This document shows, piece after piece, positions 29,979-39,698 of a stretch of DNA of 64,000 nt (within the stretch, counting starts at the first letter, position 1; each line of letters opens with the position of its first letter). This DNA comes from an uncultured bacterium. Its GTDB lineage: Bacteria; JAGOEH01. The notes under the pieces were generated by a model, which worked only from the letters and a program-made list of their open reading frames with translations, had not been told where the DNA came from and did no database searches. The translations under genes and the position numbers were made by a program. The stretch is taken from positions 20,249 through 84,248 of the forward strand of contig CAZWDO010000005.1 of NCBI GenBank assembly GCA_964632485.1, given 5' to 3'.

Positions 29979-31108
29979 TGGCTATTATCCTGGCGATGAT
30001 TAAAAAAGAGTTTCTTCAAATCCGACGGGATACAAGAACCCTGGCGATTTTGATTTTTATCCCTTGTTTTATGCTGGTCATGTTTGGCTATGCTCTGACC
30101 TTCGATGTCCGCAACATCGATATGGGAATATGGAATGAAGATATCAGCCCTCAAAGCCGTGAATTAGTCCGCGCCTTTGTATCCAGCGGATATTTTCAAT
30201 TATCCGGCGCCGTCAATTCTGGGCGGGAATGCGATGAACAATTAGACAGGGAAAAGACCCGGGTTGTCATGCATATCCCCCGCAACTGGGGCGCGAGGTT
30301 GATTGGCCTTGATCCGCTACCTCTGCAATTCCTTGTCGATGGCAGTGATCCGAATACGGCCGTCACGGTCAACAGCTATATTACCATGATTATGGCCCAG
30401 CAGCAAAGAGAATGGCAATCGCAAGCGCCCATTCTCTATAATACAGCGCAACCGGGTAAAAGCCGCATCGATCCGCAACCCAGGCTCTGGTACAATCCGG
30501 AACTCAAAAGCGCATATTATCTCATTCCCGGCCTGATTGGATTCATCCTCATGATCACGGCCGTGATTTCCACATCTCTGTCAATTGTCCGGGAAAAAGA
30601 AAAAAACACTTTTGAACAGATAATTGTATCACCAATTCATGCCTATCAATATATCCTTGGCAAACTGATTCCCTATATCATTATCTCGATTATCGCCACC
30701 ATCGGAATATTGATAGTGGGCCATCTACTTTTCGGAGTGGGCGTTAAAGGTAGCCTTCTCAGCCTGGCCTTAGTCACTCTTCTTTTCCTTTTTGTCTGTC
30801 TTGGCATCGGACTCTTTATTTCTTCCGTCACCGATAGTCAGCAGGTTGCTTTTATGGCGGCGACGATTATCAGTTTATTACCCACTTTCCTCCTGTCAGG
30901 TTTTGTATTTCCTATACGCAACATGCCATTTTTCATACAATGGGTGACCTATCTTGTGCCGGCACGTTATTACATGGTCTGCCTACGCGACATTATGCTA
31001 AAAGGGTCAGCCTGGCATTATTACGTCGATCAGATTGCAGCGCTATTTATTTATGGTTCAATCATTCTCGCCATCAGTATCTTTCGGTTGCGGCGCAATC
31101 TTACATAA
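29975..31108 (+). CDS. ABC-2 family permease (YbhS/YbhR-like)
   Basis: N-terminal TM, large periplasmic loop, and a C-terminal 5-6 TM bundle typical of ABC-2 permeases. 4-nt overlap with the upstream ATPase gene. Confidence 0.75.
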   Translation: MMAIILAMIKKEFLQIRRDTRTLAILIFIPCFMLVMFGYALTFDVRNIDMGIWNEDISPQSRELVRAFVSSGYFQLSGAVNSGRECDEQLDREKTRVVMHIPRNWGARLIGLDPLPLQFLVDGSDPNTAVTVNSYITMIMAQQQREWQSQAPILYNTAQPGKSRIDPQPRLWYNPELKSAYYLIPGLIGFILMITAVISTSLSIVREKEKNTFEQIIVSPIHAYQYILGKLIPYIIISIIATIGILIVGHLLFGVGVKGSLLSLALVTLLFLFVCLGIGLFISSVTDSQQVAFMAATIISLLPTFLLSGFVFPIRNMPFFIQWVTYLVPARYYMVCLRDIMLKGSAWHYYVDQIAALFIYGSIILAISIFRLRRNLT

Positions 31109-31119
31109 AAGGAGTTTTC

Positions 31120-32241
31120 ATGCAAAGGATATTAAACATTTTGCTTAAGGAATTACATCAATTAAAACGGGATCGGCGGATGCTGGGTATAGCGGTTCTG
31201 GCTCCTTTATTTCAACTAATAATTCTGACCTATGCGGCGACGTTGGACGTCAAGGAATTACCTATTGTCATTTATGATGAAGACCATAGTTCTGTCAGCC
31301 GCGCTTTGATCCAAAAATTTACAACCAATGAATATTTCCAGTTGGAAGCGGTGGTGGAATCGGACGAAGCGGCAACGGCATTGATAGAAAAGGGCGCGGC
31401 AACGATCTATATTCGAATTCCGCAGGGATTGGAAGAGAGAACACTGTCCAATGAACAGTCGCCACTGCCGATTATAGTCGATGCGGCTGATGCCAATAGC
31501 GCTACAATAGGCCTTAACTATGCTAATGTGATCCTGCTTCGTTTCAGCGCGGAAACTGGCAGCGGGAGCGAAAATTTCCTGGCAATGAACGGACGGATTG
31601 TAAAGACAGAAATCAGAAACTGGTACAATCCCGCATTAAAAAGCCGCTATTTCATCGCGCCGGGAATATTAGCCCTGCTCATCATGGTTATCACTACCAT
31701 TCTGACTGCGCTGGCCATTGTCAAAGAAAAGGAAATCGGCACACTGGAACAACTGATGGTGACCCCGATCAAGCCTTGGGAACTAATCATCGGCAAGCTG
31801 CTCCCTTTCGGATTAATCGGATTTATCGATATCATCCTGGCGCTCTCCGTTCTACTGATGATCTTGCAGATTCCGATGAAAGGCGCTTTTCTGCTGATGG
31901 TGATTCTATCGATCGCTTTTTCCATCGCTACTCTGGGATTGGGCTTGTTTGTCTCTACTATCGCCCGAAATCAGCAACAGGCGATGATGACCGCTATTTT
32001 TTTTATTATGATGCCGATGATCTATCTTTCCGGATTTATCTTTCCCATCCAAAACATGCCTAAAATCCTGCAAACCATCACTTATGCAATGCCATTACGC
32101 TACTATTTTATTATTATTCGCGGGATATTCCTGAAAGGGACTGGAATGGCCGAATTATGGGATGAAACTCTTATTATGCTCTTTTTAGGGTGTATGACCC
32201 TGTTACTGAGCATCAAACTATTTCATAAACATCTGGATTGA
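31120..32241 (+). CDS. ABC-2 family permease (YbhS/YbhR-like), paralog of the previous gene
   Basis: ATG 31120 with GGAG RBS. The track start at 30940 lies inside the previous gene. Same architecture as the upstream permease. Confidence 0.75.
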   Translation: MQRILNILLKELHQLKRDRRMLGIAVLAPLFQLIILTYAATLDVKELPIVIYDEDHSSVSRALIQKFTTNEYFQLEAVVESDEAATALIEKGAATIYIRIPQGLEERTLSNEQSPLPIIVDAADANSATIGLNYANVILLRFSAETGSGSENFLAMNGRIVKTEIRNWYNPALKSRYFIAPGILALLIMVITTILTALAIVKEKEIGTLEQLMVTPIKPWELIIGKLLPFGLIGFIDIILALSVLLMILQIPMKGAFLLMVILSIAFSIATLGLGLFVSTIARNQQQAMMTAIFFIMMPMIYLSGFIFPIQNMPKILQTITYAMPLRYYFIIIRGIFLKGTGMAELWDETLIMLFLGCMTLLLSIKLFHKHLD

Positions 32242-32362
32242 ATCAACAATAATCGGCGCGCATTATCTTCGTCCGGCAGGAGATACCTGCCTATCGGAGA
32301 GTCACTTCAATCATTATGAATGATAAACAAAGGAAGGTTAATATTCGAAGAGACCGACAATC

Positions 32363-32770
32363 CTATTTTTTTTTATTATGAGTAAAAAGAGCGTCAACTG
32401 ATGATATAGTACCTTTTCCTACAACGGCTTGCGATGGAAAAAAATTATCGACAATCATATTAATGCGGGAGGTTAATGCCTCTGCCTGGGTGAATCCGCT
32501 TTGCCGATTTGAAAGCCAGGTCGAACTGCTCTCATCACGGGGGACCGATACGATCAACAATATATTATCGGCATTGTTCACCAGCCGGAACTCCATTGAT
32601 TCAAAATTGAAGCAGGCGGAATAATTATTCAGTTCCCTAATGTCAAAACCGTTCTCTGTCAGAGTACGCAGTAACCAATTGTAGCGCTTGATTGGATCTG
32701 ACGGCCATGCCCGGCTGGTTCCTCCACTGATAAAAATATGCCGTAAATCCTGAATCGGGCTTAAACTCAT
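32363..32770 (-). CDS. hypothetical protein (135 aa), no recognisable family
   Basis: ORF with AGAGGA RBS and its own minus-strand TTGACA-17-TATATT promoter (32808-32836). AT-rich flanks. Confidence 0.35.
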   Translation of the reverse strand: MSLSPIQDLRHIFISGGTSRAWPSDPIKRYNWLLRTLTENGFDIRELNNYSACFNFESMEFRLVNNADNILLIVSVPRDESSSTWLSNRQSGFTQAEALTSRINMIVDNFFPSQAVVGKGTISSVDALFTHNKKK

Positions 32771-32807
32771 AATTATCCTCTTAGTAATAAATATTCAGAT
32801 TTATATA

Positions 32808-32836
32808 AATATATAATTATTATAGAGGTTTGTCAA
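32808..32836 (-). promoter_or_regulatory. sigma70-type promoter (minus strand) TTGACA-17-TATATT for the 135-aa hypothetical gene
   Basis: Reverse complement of 32831-32836 is TTGACA, a 17-nt spacer follows, and the reverse complement of 32808-32813 is TATATT. Confidence 0.4.
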
Positions 32837-32899
32837 GGATAAATTAAAAATTTGGATAAAATTAGCCGTCGGTTATGGAAGCGGGTCAGGCGCGAAACT

Positions 32900-33589
32900 C
32901 TACAGGGAGATTTTTCTGGCGATAAGAATATAAACGGCGCGATCAATCTCATCATGATCCCCGAGAATAAGCGGCATGGCATGTCGATATTCGATAACCA
33001 TCCGCAAATTTTTTTGCAGAAACATTAAAAGTTCCCAGTTACTTTTCGGACGTTTATCCGACAAAAGTTCATAAATTCCCATATTGATTTTATTGAAAAT
33101 AATTTTACGGCCGCCGATTTTCAAAAACTGGTACATGCGTTTAAACACTTGTTGATAATCAATATAATTAATAATATCCGAATAAACGATTGAATCGGCG
33201 AAAGAGGAAAGAGAGGGTTTAAACCCGGATCGGGAATTTTCGAGTTCTTCGTTTCCTACAAAGCGGCATATTTTTTTCATATAGCGTTTAAAGTCGCGGT
33301 GGTTATTTTCCAACAGACGATGGAGGTCGGTTTGGACGAACAGATTGGACTCATCATTAATTTGGTTTTGAATACCCTGGCTGATATCAAGATAGATTTT
33401 CCGGTGACGAAGGTCGGAAAGTTCGGAGGTTACGGGATAAAGTCCGCATCCGACATCAATAAGCGTCCGTCCCAGAGTTTCCGTTTGGGAAAGACTTTGT
33501 AAAAACTGCCGGTATTGATTTTTTCGGTCCTGGTTATAATTATTCCCCCAATAGGAATTCCAGGTGGAGCTAGAATTTTCTCTTTTCAT
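32900..33589 (-). CDS. class I SAM-dependent methyltransferase (small-molecule/protein type, not a DNA MTase)
   Basis: Motif I 'LIDVGCGLYPV', post-I acidic 'IYLDIS', motif 'LKIGGRKII'. No DPPY/PCQ DNA-methyltransferase motifs. Confidence 0.6.
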   Translation of the reverse strand: MKRENSSSTWNSYWGNNYNQDRKNQYRQFLQSLSQTETLGRTLIDVGCGLYPVTSELSDLRHRKIYLDISQGIQNQINDESNLFVQTDLHRLLENNHRDFKRYMKKICRFVGNEELENSRSGFKPSLSSFADSIVYSDIINYIDYQQVFKRMYQFLKIGGRKIIFNKINMGIYELLSDKRPKSNWELLMFLQKNLRMVIEYRHAMPLILGDHDEIDRAVYILIARKISL

Positions 33590-33652
33590 ATAATAATATT
33601 CGGCAGAATGGGTGAAAAAATTTAGCGATTAATTTCACATCTGTTTTTTTTA

Positions 33653-33681
33653 TTGACATTGAACTTAATCTTTATTATAAT
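33653..33681 (+). promoter_or_regulatory. consensus sigma70 promoter TTGACA-17-TATAAT with upstream T-tract for the rnf operon
   Basis: TTGACA 33653-33658, 17-nt spacer, TATAAT 33676-33681, preceded by T8. GAGGAGG RBS and rnfC ATG at 33754. Confidence 0.5.
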
Positions 33682-33753
33682 AAAGCGAAATTCAGTAGAA
33701 AATGAGAAACAGACTTAGATATGAGAAAGAGTTCCAGAAAGAGGAGGCATCGA

Positions 33754-35103
33754 ATGTCTTTTTTTAAAAAATTTACATTCCCCGGTGGAGTTCATCCCCA
33801 GGAAAGTAAAGAATTAACTGCCGAAAAACCCATTGAACCCCTCGGCCCGCCAAAAATAGCTTATCTCCCTTTAGCGCAGCATATAGGAAATCCGGCCCAA
33901 GCGTTAGTAAAGGCCGGTGATACAGTGGGTTTGGGCGACTTAATCGGTGAGGCCAGCGGTTTTGTGTCCGTACCCATCCATGCGTCGGTGAGTGGGAAGG
34001 TCATCGCCGTGGAAAATCGCTTATCGCCGCTGGGGCGTAAAGTCCCAACCATTGTGATTGAGCGCGATGACCAAAAAGAAAAAGATTTCCCAAAGATAGA
34101 GTTTACAGCTCCGGCCCGGAAGCAGGAATACCAGGAAGGCATTTGCCGGGCAGGAATCGTAGGGATGGGCGGGGCGACATTCCCCACGCATGTCAAACTT
34201 TCGCCTCCTCCGGACAAAAAAATTGATACCTTGATTATAAACGGTGCCGAATGCGAACCTTTCCTGACGTGCGATTACCGGATAATGCTGGAACGCAGCG
34301 AAGCATTGTTAAAAGGTGTCATGCTGATGAAATCGGCGCTGAGTGTTGAAAAAGTAGTCATAGGAATTGAAAAAAACAAACCCCAGGCGATTGCCAAACT
34401 CAGGGAACTCAGCCGGGAATCCTCAATCGGGATTGTTGAATTAGAAGTTAAGTATCCCCAGGGCGCGGAAAAACAACTCATATACGCAACAACCAAGCGG
34501 GAAGTTCCCTGCGGGAAATTACCCATGGATGTGGGAATTGTCGTGCAAAATATTGGAACGGCAATAGCTGTATACGATTATTTTTATCATGCCAAACCCC
34601 TTATTGAGCGGGTGGTTACAGTCAGTGGACCTGGAATTAGACAGCCAAAAAATCTGCGGGTCCGGATAGGAACTCCGATCCGCGAATTAATTGAGTTTTG
34701 CGGAGGATTGACCGAGGACACGGTCAAAGTGATTAATGGCGGCCCGATGATGGGGATCACTCTGACTAATCTGGATGTTCCGGTGATTAAAGGCACATCG
34801 GGTATTATTGCCCTGACGGCCCGCGAAGCAGCCATCTTTGCAGAGCAGCCATGTATTTCGTGTGGACACTGTGTGGATGTCTGCCCCATGAATCTGCTAC
34901 CGACAGCGATTATGAAACACACTAAGAAAGCCAATTGGGACGAGGCTCAGAACCAGGGCGCTCTGGATTGTATGGAATGTGGTTCCTGCGCGTACGTCTG
35001 TCCGGCGAAAATCAATCTGGTACATTATATCCGCCTATGCAAAGCCGAAGTGATGCAACAAAAACGTCAGGCAAGCGCAAAAAAAGGAGCGACGAATGGA
35101 TAA
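33754..35103 (+). CDS. rnfC: Rnf electron-transport complex subunit C
   Basis: 'FPGGVHP' N-terminus, NADH/FMN region 'GMGGATFPTHVKL', two 4Fe-4S motifs 'CISCGHCVDVCP' and 'CMECGSCAYVCP'. ATG 33754 after GAGGAGG. Confidence 0.85.
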   Translation: MSFFKKFTFPGGVHPQESKELTAEKPIEPLGPPKIAYLPLAQHIGNPAQALVKAGDTVGLGDLIGEASGFVSVPIHASVSGKVIAVENRLSPLGRKVPTIVIERDDQKEKDFPKIEFTAPARKQEYQEGICRAGIVGMGGATFPTHVKLSPPPDKKIDTLIINGAECEPFLTCDYRIMLERSEALLKGVMLMKSALSVEKVVIGIEKNKPQAIAKLRELSRESSIGIVELEVKYPQGAEKQLIYATTKREVPCGKLPMDVGIVVQNIGTAIAVYDYFYHAKPLIERVVTVSGPGIRQPKNLRVRIGTPIRELIEFCGGLTEDTVKVINGGPMMGITLTNLDVPVIKGTSGIIALTAREAAIFAEQPCISCGHCVDVCPMNLLPTAIMKHTKKANWDEAQNQGALDCMECGSCAYVCPAKINLVHYIRLCKAEVMQQKRQASAKKGATNG

Positions 35104-36037
35104 ACAATTGATTTTATCATCATCTCCCCAATGGCGTGATCGGGAATCAATCCCGCGCATCATGAACACAGTAACCATTACATTGATCCCCGCATTGGCG
35201 TTATCGATCTGGTTTTATGGGTGGCCGGCGGTCTATTTGACGATGTTGGCCATGCTGACGGCGGTGGGCGCAGAATATGCCATTCAAAAATTTTGCGGGT
35301 TACCCATAACAATTCGAGATGGCAGCGCCTTGTTAACCGGGTTGCTGCTCGCTTTCAATTTACCGCCAGGGGTTCCATTCTGGATGCCAATCATTGGATC
35401 AATCGTAGCCGTGGGCATTGGCAAACAGGTTTTTGGCGGACTGGGCAACAATCCTTTGAACCCTGCATTGATTGGCCGGGCTTTTTTAATGGCCTCTTGG
35501 CCTGTATATATGACGTCGGCCTGGCTTCCACCCCGTGGAGGTAGCCTGAGTAGCATTATTTCGGACAATCCCGTATTGACCGGCGCCACTCCCTTAAACC
35601 TGTACAAAACCCAGATGGAAGTATTGGCCAATTCTGAAAGTTCCGCAGAAGGCATCCGTATCGCGCAGGATGCCGTCACCGGTCTTTTTACAAACTGGCC
35701 AAAGCTACTCTCGGGCCAAATCGGCGGCTCGTTAGGAGAAACCTCGGCAATCGCTATCTTTATCGGCGCTTTATATCTGCTGTACCGCAACTATATCGAC
35801 TGGCGCATTCCGTTCCCCTATATTTTTACCGTCGGATTTCTCGGCTGGATGTTCGGGGGTTTCAACGGTCTTTTCTCCGGCGATCTGTTATTTTATATTT
35901 TATCCGGCGGACTGTTTCTGGGCGCCTTTTATATGGCGACGGATATGGTAACGTCCCCGATTACTAAAAAAGGAAAAATCATCTATAGCATTGGTTGCGG
36001 TTTGTTGACGTTTATCATCCGCAAATTCGGCGGGTAA
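35096..36037 (+). CDS. rnfD: Rnf complex subunit D (NqrB-like membrane subunit)
   Basis: Polytopic membrane protein. Position and similarity to RnfD/NqrB ('GIGKQVFGGLGNNPLNPAL', FMN-attachment region near the C-terminus 'TSPITKKG'). Confidence 0.8.
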   Translation: MDKQLILSSSPQWRDRESIPRIMNTVTITLIPALALSIWFYGWPAVYLTMLAMLTAVGAEYAIQKFCGLPITIRDGSALLTGLLLAFNLPPGVPFWMPIIGSIVAVGIGKQVFGGLGNNPLNPALIGRAFLMASWPVYMTSAWLPPRGGSLSSIISDNPVLTGATPLNLYKTQMEVLANSESSAEGIRIAQDAVTGLFTNWPKLLSGQIGGSLGETSAIAIFIGALYLLYRNYIDWRIPFPYIFTVGFLGWMFGGFNGLFSGDLLFYILSGGLFLGAFYMATDMVTSPITKKGKIIYSIGCGLLTFIIRKFGG

Positions 36038-36131
36038 CCCGAGGGTGTCTGTTACAGCATACTATTGATGAACCTGGCTGTTCCGTTGATTGATCGCTAT
36101 GTTCGTCCTCGTCGTTTTGGGGAGGTAAAAA

Positions 36132-36725
36132 ATGAAAAATAATATTTTAAACTATGGTCTCATCCTGATGGCTATTTGCTCGATTACAGTGGCAGCGTTG
36201 GCATTTATCAACCTGAAAACCAAACCGGTCATTGAACAACAAAAAATCAGAGAGACCCAGAATGCAGTCATGGCAGTAATGCCCCGGGGAACCGCGCAGA
36301 TCGAACCTGTATTAAATGAACAGGGACAAACGCTTTATTACATCGGCCGCGCAGTTGATTCAACATGCGTGGGTTATGCCATCGAGTGTCGCGGCAAGGG
36401 TTATGCCCCTGATTCCATTCAAACCTTATTGGGTGTGGATACAAACATGATCGTTACGGGAGCGCGCGTTATCGCTCAAAAAGAGACGCCAGGCCTGGGC
36501 GACAAAATTAGCGCGATCGGAACTTATCAAGGCGAAAAAAAAATCTGGATCACCCAATTCAACACTCTGACTTACTCCCAAATTTTACTTAAAAAGGACA
36601 ATCCACAGGATGGTACCATTGACGCGTTAACCGGAGCTACCATCACATCTCGTGGCGTTACGCTATCGGTAGTTACTGGCTTGAAGCGCCTTGAGCAGTA
36701 TTTGCATAAGGAGTTGACCCCATGA
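36132..36725 (+). CDS. rnfG: Rnf complex subunit G (FMN-binding)
   Basis: Single N-terminal TM. FMN_bind motifs 'ETPGLGDKI' and 'DALTGATITSRGV'. Confidence 0.75.
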   Translation: MKNNILNYGLILMAICSITVAALAFINLKTKPVIEQQKIRETQNAVMAVMPRGTAQIEPVLNEQGQTLYYIGRAVDSTCVGYAIECRGKGYAPDSIQTLLGVDTNMIVTGARVIAQKETPGLGDKISAIGTYQGEKKIWITQFNTLTYSQILLKKDNPQDGTIDALTGATITSRGVTLSVVTGLKRLEQYLHKELTP

Positions 36726-37315
36726 ATTTCAAATCAGAATTTATCAAAGGTATTTATAAAGAGAACCCGATTTTCCGCATCGTTTTGGGGATGTGCCCTA
36801 CCCTGGCGGTTAGTACCTCCGTTCAAAATGGAGTAGGAATGGGCATTGCCGCCAGCTTTGTCCTTCTCGTTTCCAATATCATTATCTCGTTATTCCGTAA
36901 TTTGATTCCCGATAAAATCCGGATTCCCTGTTATATCGTCATTATCGCTGGCGCAGTCACTATAGTGGAAATGGTAATGGCTGCTTATGCCCCTGAACTA
37001 TACCGCAATTTAGGAATTTTTGTTCCCTTGATTGTAGTCAATTGTATTATTTTAGGACGCGCTGAAGCATTTGCCAACAAAAACAGCCTGATGGATTCCG
37101 TGGCCGATGCTCTGGGCATGGGATTAGGATTCACCCTTGCGCTGGTGGTATTAGCGGCCATTCGGGAACTCCTGGGCGCCGGCACTCTGATGGGGATCAA
37201 CATTCTCGGGGAAAACTACAATCCTATGCTGGTCATGATTCTGCCTCCCGGCGCTTTTATCACCCTGGGTTTGTTGTTGGGCTGGATCAACCACCTTGAT
37301 GCCCGGAAACAGTAA
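36722..37315 (+). CDS. rnfE: Rnf complex subunit E
   Basis: RnfA/RnfE/NqrDE-family 6-TM protein ('LGMCPTLAVSTSVQNGVGMG'). 4-nt overlap with rnfG. Confidence 0.8.
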   Translation: MNFKSEFIKGIYKENPIFRIVLGMCPTLAVSTSVQNGVGMGIAASFVLLVSNIIISLFRNLIPDKIRIPCYIVIIAGAVTIVEMVMAAYAPELYRNLGIFVPLIVVNCIILGRAEAFANKNSLMDSVADALGMGLGFTLALVVLAAIRELLGAGTLMGINILGENYNPMLVMILPPGAFITLGLLLGWINHLDARKQ

Positions 37316-37324
37316 GGAGACCTC

Positions 37325-37960
37325 ATGGAATTCAGTAAACTATTAATGATTATCGTCGGTTCAATCTTTATTTATAATGTCATTCTTTCCCGTTTTTTAG
37401 GAATTTGCCCCTATTTGGGCGTTTCAAAACAACTGAGCAGCGCATTCGGCATGGGCGCCGCCGTAATTTTCGTCCTCACGATGGCTTCCGCCGCGACTTA
37501 TGTCGTTTATTATTATCTTCTAGCGCCCACTGAAGCCAATATCTGGTATTTGTTACTCGGTTCAGGCGATCCTGCCGCTTATGATTTTACATATTTACGG
37601 ACCATTGTATTTATTCTGATTATCGCTTCGTTAGTGCAATTTGTGGAGCTGATCATTCAAAAAATGAGTCCCGCGCTCTATAAATCCTTAGGCATTTATC
37701 TTCCGCTGATTACGACTAACTGCGCAGTATTGGGAATAGCGGTGCTGAATATCAGTGAGGGATATAATTTTATCGAAAGCATCATCCACGGACTATCTGC
37801 TGGAATTGGCTTCACGCTGGTCTTAATTTTAATGGCGGGAATTCGTGAGAAACTGGAACTGATTGATATCCCAAAACCGTTTCAAGGCATAACCATTGCG
37901 TTTATACTGGCTGGCTTGATGTCGCTTTGTTTTTTTGGTTTCGCCGGTTTGAAATTTTAA
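37325..37960 (+). CDS. rnfA: Rnf complex subunit A
   Basis: RnfA/RnfE paralog ('FLGICPYLGVSKQLSSAFGMG'). Confidence 0.8.
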   Translation: MEFSKLLMIIVGSIFIYNVILSRFLGICPYLGVSKQLSSAFGMGAAVIFVLTMASAATYVVYYYLLAPTEANIWYLLLGSGDPAAYDFTYLRTIVFILIIASLVQFVELIIQKMSPALYKSLGIYLPLITTNCAVLGIAVLNISEGYNFIESIIHGLSAGIGFTLVLILMAGIREKLELIDIPKPFQGITIAFILAGLMSLCFFGFAGLKF

Positions 37961-37975
37961 CGAAGAGAGGCCGCT

Positions 37976-38977
37976 ATGGAATTTATTTTAGTATCGATAT
38001 TCACTGCCGGTATCCTGGGGTTTATGTTTGGCGGCGGTTTGGCGTATGCGGCCAAAGTTTTTCATGTCGATAAAAATCCCATGATCGATGAAGTGCTCAA
38101 AGCGTTGCCCGGAGCCAATTGCGGCGCCTGCGGCTATGCCGGTTGCGCGGGTTACGCCGAGGCCATTGTCGAACAGGCCGAAGAAATTAATCTGTGTATT
38201 CCCGGGGGGAACTCCAGCATCCAGCAAATCGGCGCGTTGCTCAACCGACAAAGCGATGAAAAAATCAAACAAATCGCTTATCTTAGATGTCAGGGAGACC
38301 CACAAACAGCCCGCATCAAAGGGATCTATGATGGTATTATCGATTGCCGGGCGGCAATTTTGATTGGCGGGGGCGATAAAATTTGTGAGGCCGGATGCCT
38401 GGGCTTGGGCACTTGTGTCAAGGCCTGCCCATTTAACGCAATTACTCTCAACAGCCGGGGATTGCCTGAAATAATCGAAACCAAATGCACCGGTTGCGGA
38501 AAATGCGTGGAGGTATGCCCGCGAATGGCGCTGGCGCTGATTCCGAAACAAAATAAAGTTTATTTGGGATGCGCAACCATTGATAAAGGAAAAACCGTCA
38601 AGGAATATTGCTCTAAAGGTTGCATTGCCTGTACACTGTGCGTGAAAAAATGTCCGGTTCAAGCGATAACAATGGTTAACAATCTGCCGGTCATTGACTT
38701 CAATAAATGCATCAGTTGCGGAATTTGCGTCCATATTTGCCCGACCCATTCCTATATCGATCGCATTAAAAGCCGTAGTAAGTTTTTTATCGGCCCGAAG
38801 TGCACAGGGTGTGGCGAATGCGCGCAAATCTGTCCGGTTAAGGTGATTAGTGGTGAAAAAAATCAAAAGCATGTAATCGATAAAACCAAATGTATCGGTT
38901 GCGGACTCTGTCAACCCAAATGCCCGGTCAAAGCAATCGGAATCATGGGGGCCCTGGGTTATACAAATGAAGGCTAA
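37976..38977 (+). CDS. rnfB: Rnf complex subunit B with extended polyferredoxin domain
   Basis: N-terminal TM, 'CGACGYAGCAGYA' RnfB-type cluster, then several C-x2-C-x2-C-x3-CP ferredoxin motifs. Confidence 0.75.
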   Translation: MEFILVSIFTAGILGFMFGGGLAYAAKVFHVDKNPMIDEVLKALPGANCGACGYAGCAGYAEAIVEQAEEINLCIPGGNSSIQQIGALLNRQSDEKIKQIAYLRCQGDPQTARIKGIYDGIIDCRAAILIGGGDKICEAGCLGLGTCVKACPFNAITLNSRGLPEIIETKCTGCGKCVEVCPRMALALIPKQNKVYLGCATIDKGKTVKEYCSKGCIACTLCVKKCPVQAITMVNNLPVIDFNKCISCGICVHICPTHSYIDRIKSRSKFFIGPKCTGCGECAQICPVKVISGEKNQKHVIDKTKCIGCGLCQPKCPVKAIGIMGALGYTNEG

Positions 38978-39698
38978 ACTCAATCCGGACCAGATGACCT
39001 TTCTGGAGCATCTTGAGGACCTTCGCTGGAAACTCATTTATTCAGTGATTACCTTATTTTTTACAACCGCTTTGGCATTATGGCAATCAGACTGGATTAT
39101 CGAATTCCTAAAATATCCTATCACTCGCATGGACCAGGTGCCACGGATCATCTATCTCAAACCGACCGGGATGATATCCATACGTATCAATACCGGTCTG
39201 GTAGCCGGGATCATACTGGGATTGCCGGTCATTTTCTATCAAATGTGGGGATTTATCGCGCCGGGTTTATATAAACGTGAAAAAAAATTGATCGTTGCCC
39301 TGACGTTAGCGACACTCATCTGTTTTCTATGTGGATTTTTCTTTGCTTATTTTATTATTTTGCCCATCGGTCTTCAGTTTTTACTGTCTATCGGAGTCGA
39401 AGGCATTGATCCACAATTGGATATTGGAGAATATATTGGATTTGTCCTGCAGATGGTTCTTATTTTCGGCATTGTCTTTGAACTACCGATTGTTGTTTAT
39501 ACTCTCAATCGGTTGGGTATCCTCCACATCGGCATTTTAAAAAAAATACGGCCCTATGCAATTGTTACCATTTTCATTATCTCCGCGATACTCACTCCGC
39601 CGGATGTTGTCAGCCAAATTTTAATGGCCATTCCTCTCATTCTATTGTATGAACTTTCAATACTTCTGGTACGCATAATTGGAAAGAAAAAATCATGA
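38967..39698 (+). CDS. tatC: twin-arginine translocase subunit TatC
   Basis: 'FLEHLEDLRWKLIYSVITLFF' TatC N-terminal signature and six TM segments. Overlaps rnfB by 11 nt. Confidence 0.7.
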   Translation: MKAKLNPDQMTFLEHLEDLRWKLIYSVITLFFTTALALWQSDWIIEFLKYPITRMDQVPRIIYLKPTGMISIRINTGLVAGIILGLPVIFYQMWGFIAPGLYKREKKLIVALTLATLICFLCGFFFAYFIILPIGLQFLLSIGVEGIDPQLDIGEYIGFVLQMVLIFGIVFELPIVVYTLNRLGILHIGILKKIRPYAIVTIFIISAILTPPDVVSQILMAIPLILLYELSILLVRIIGKKKS

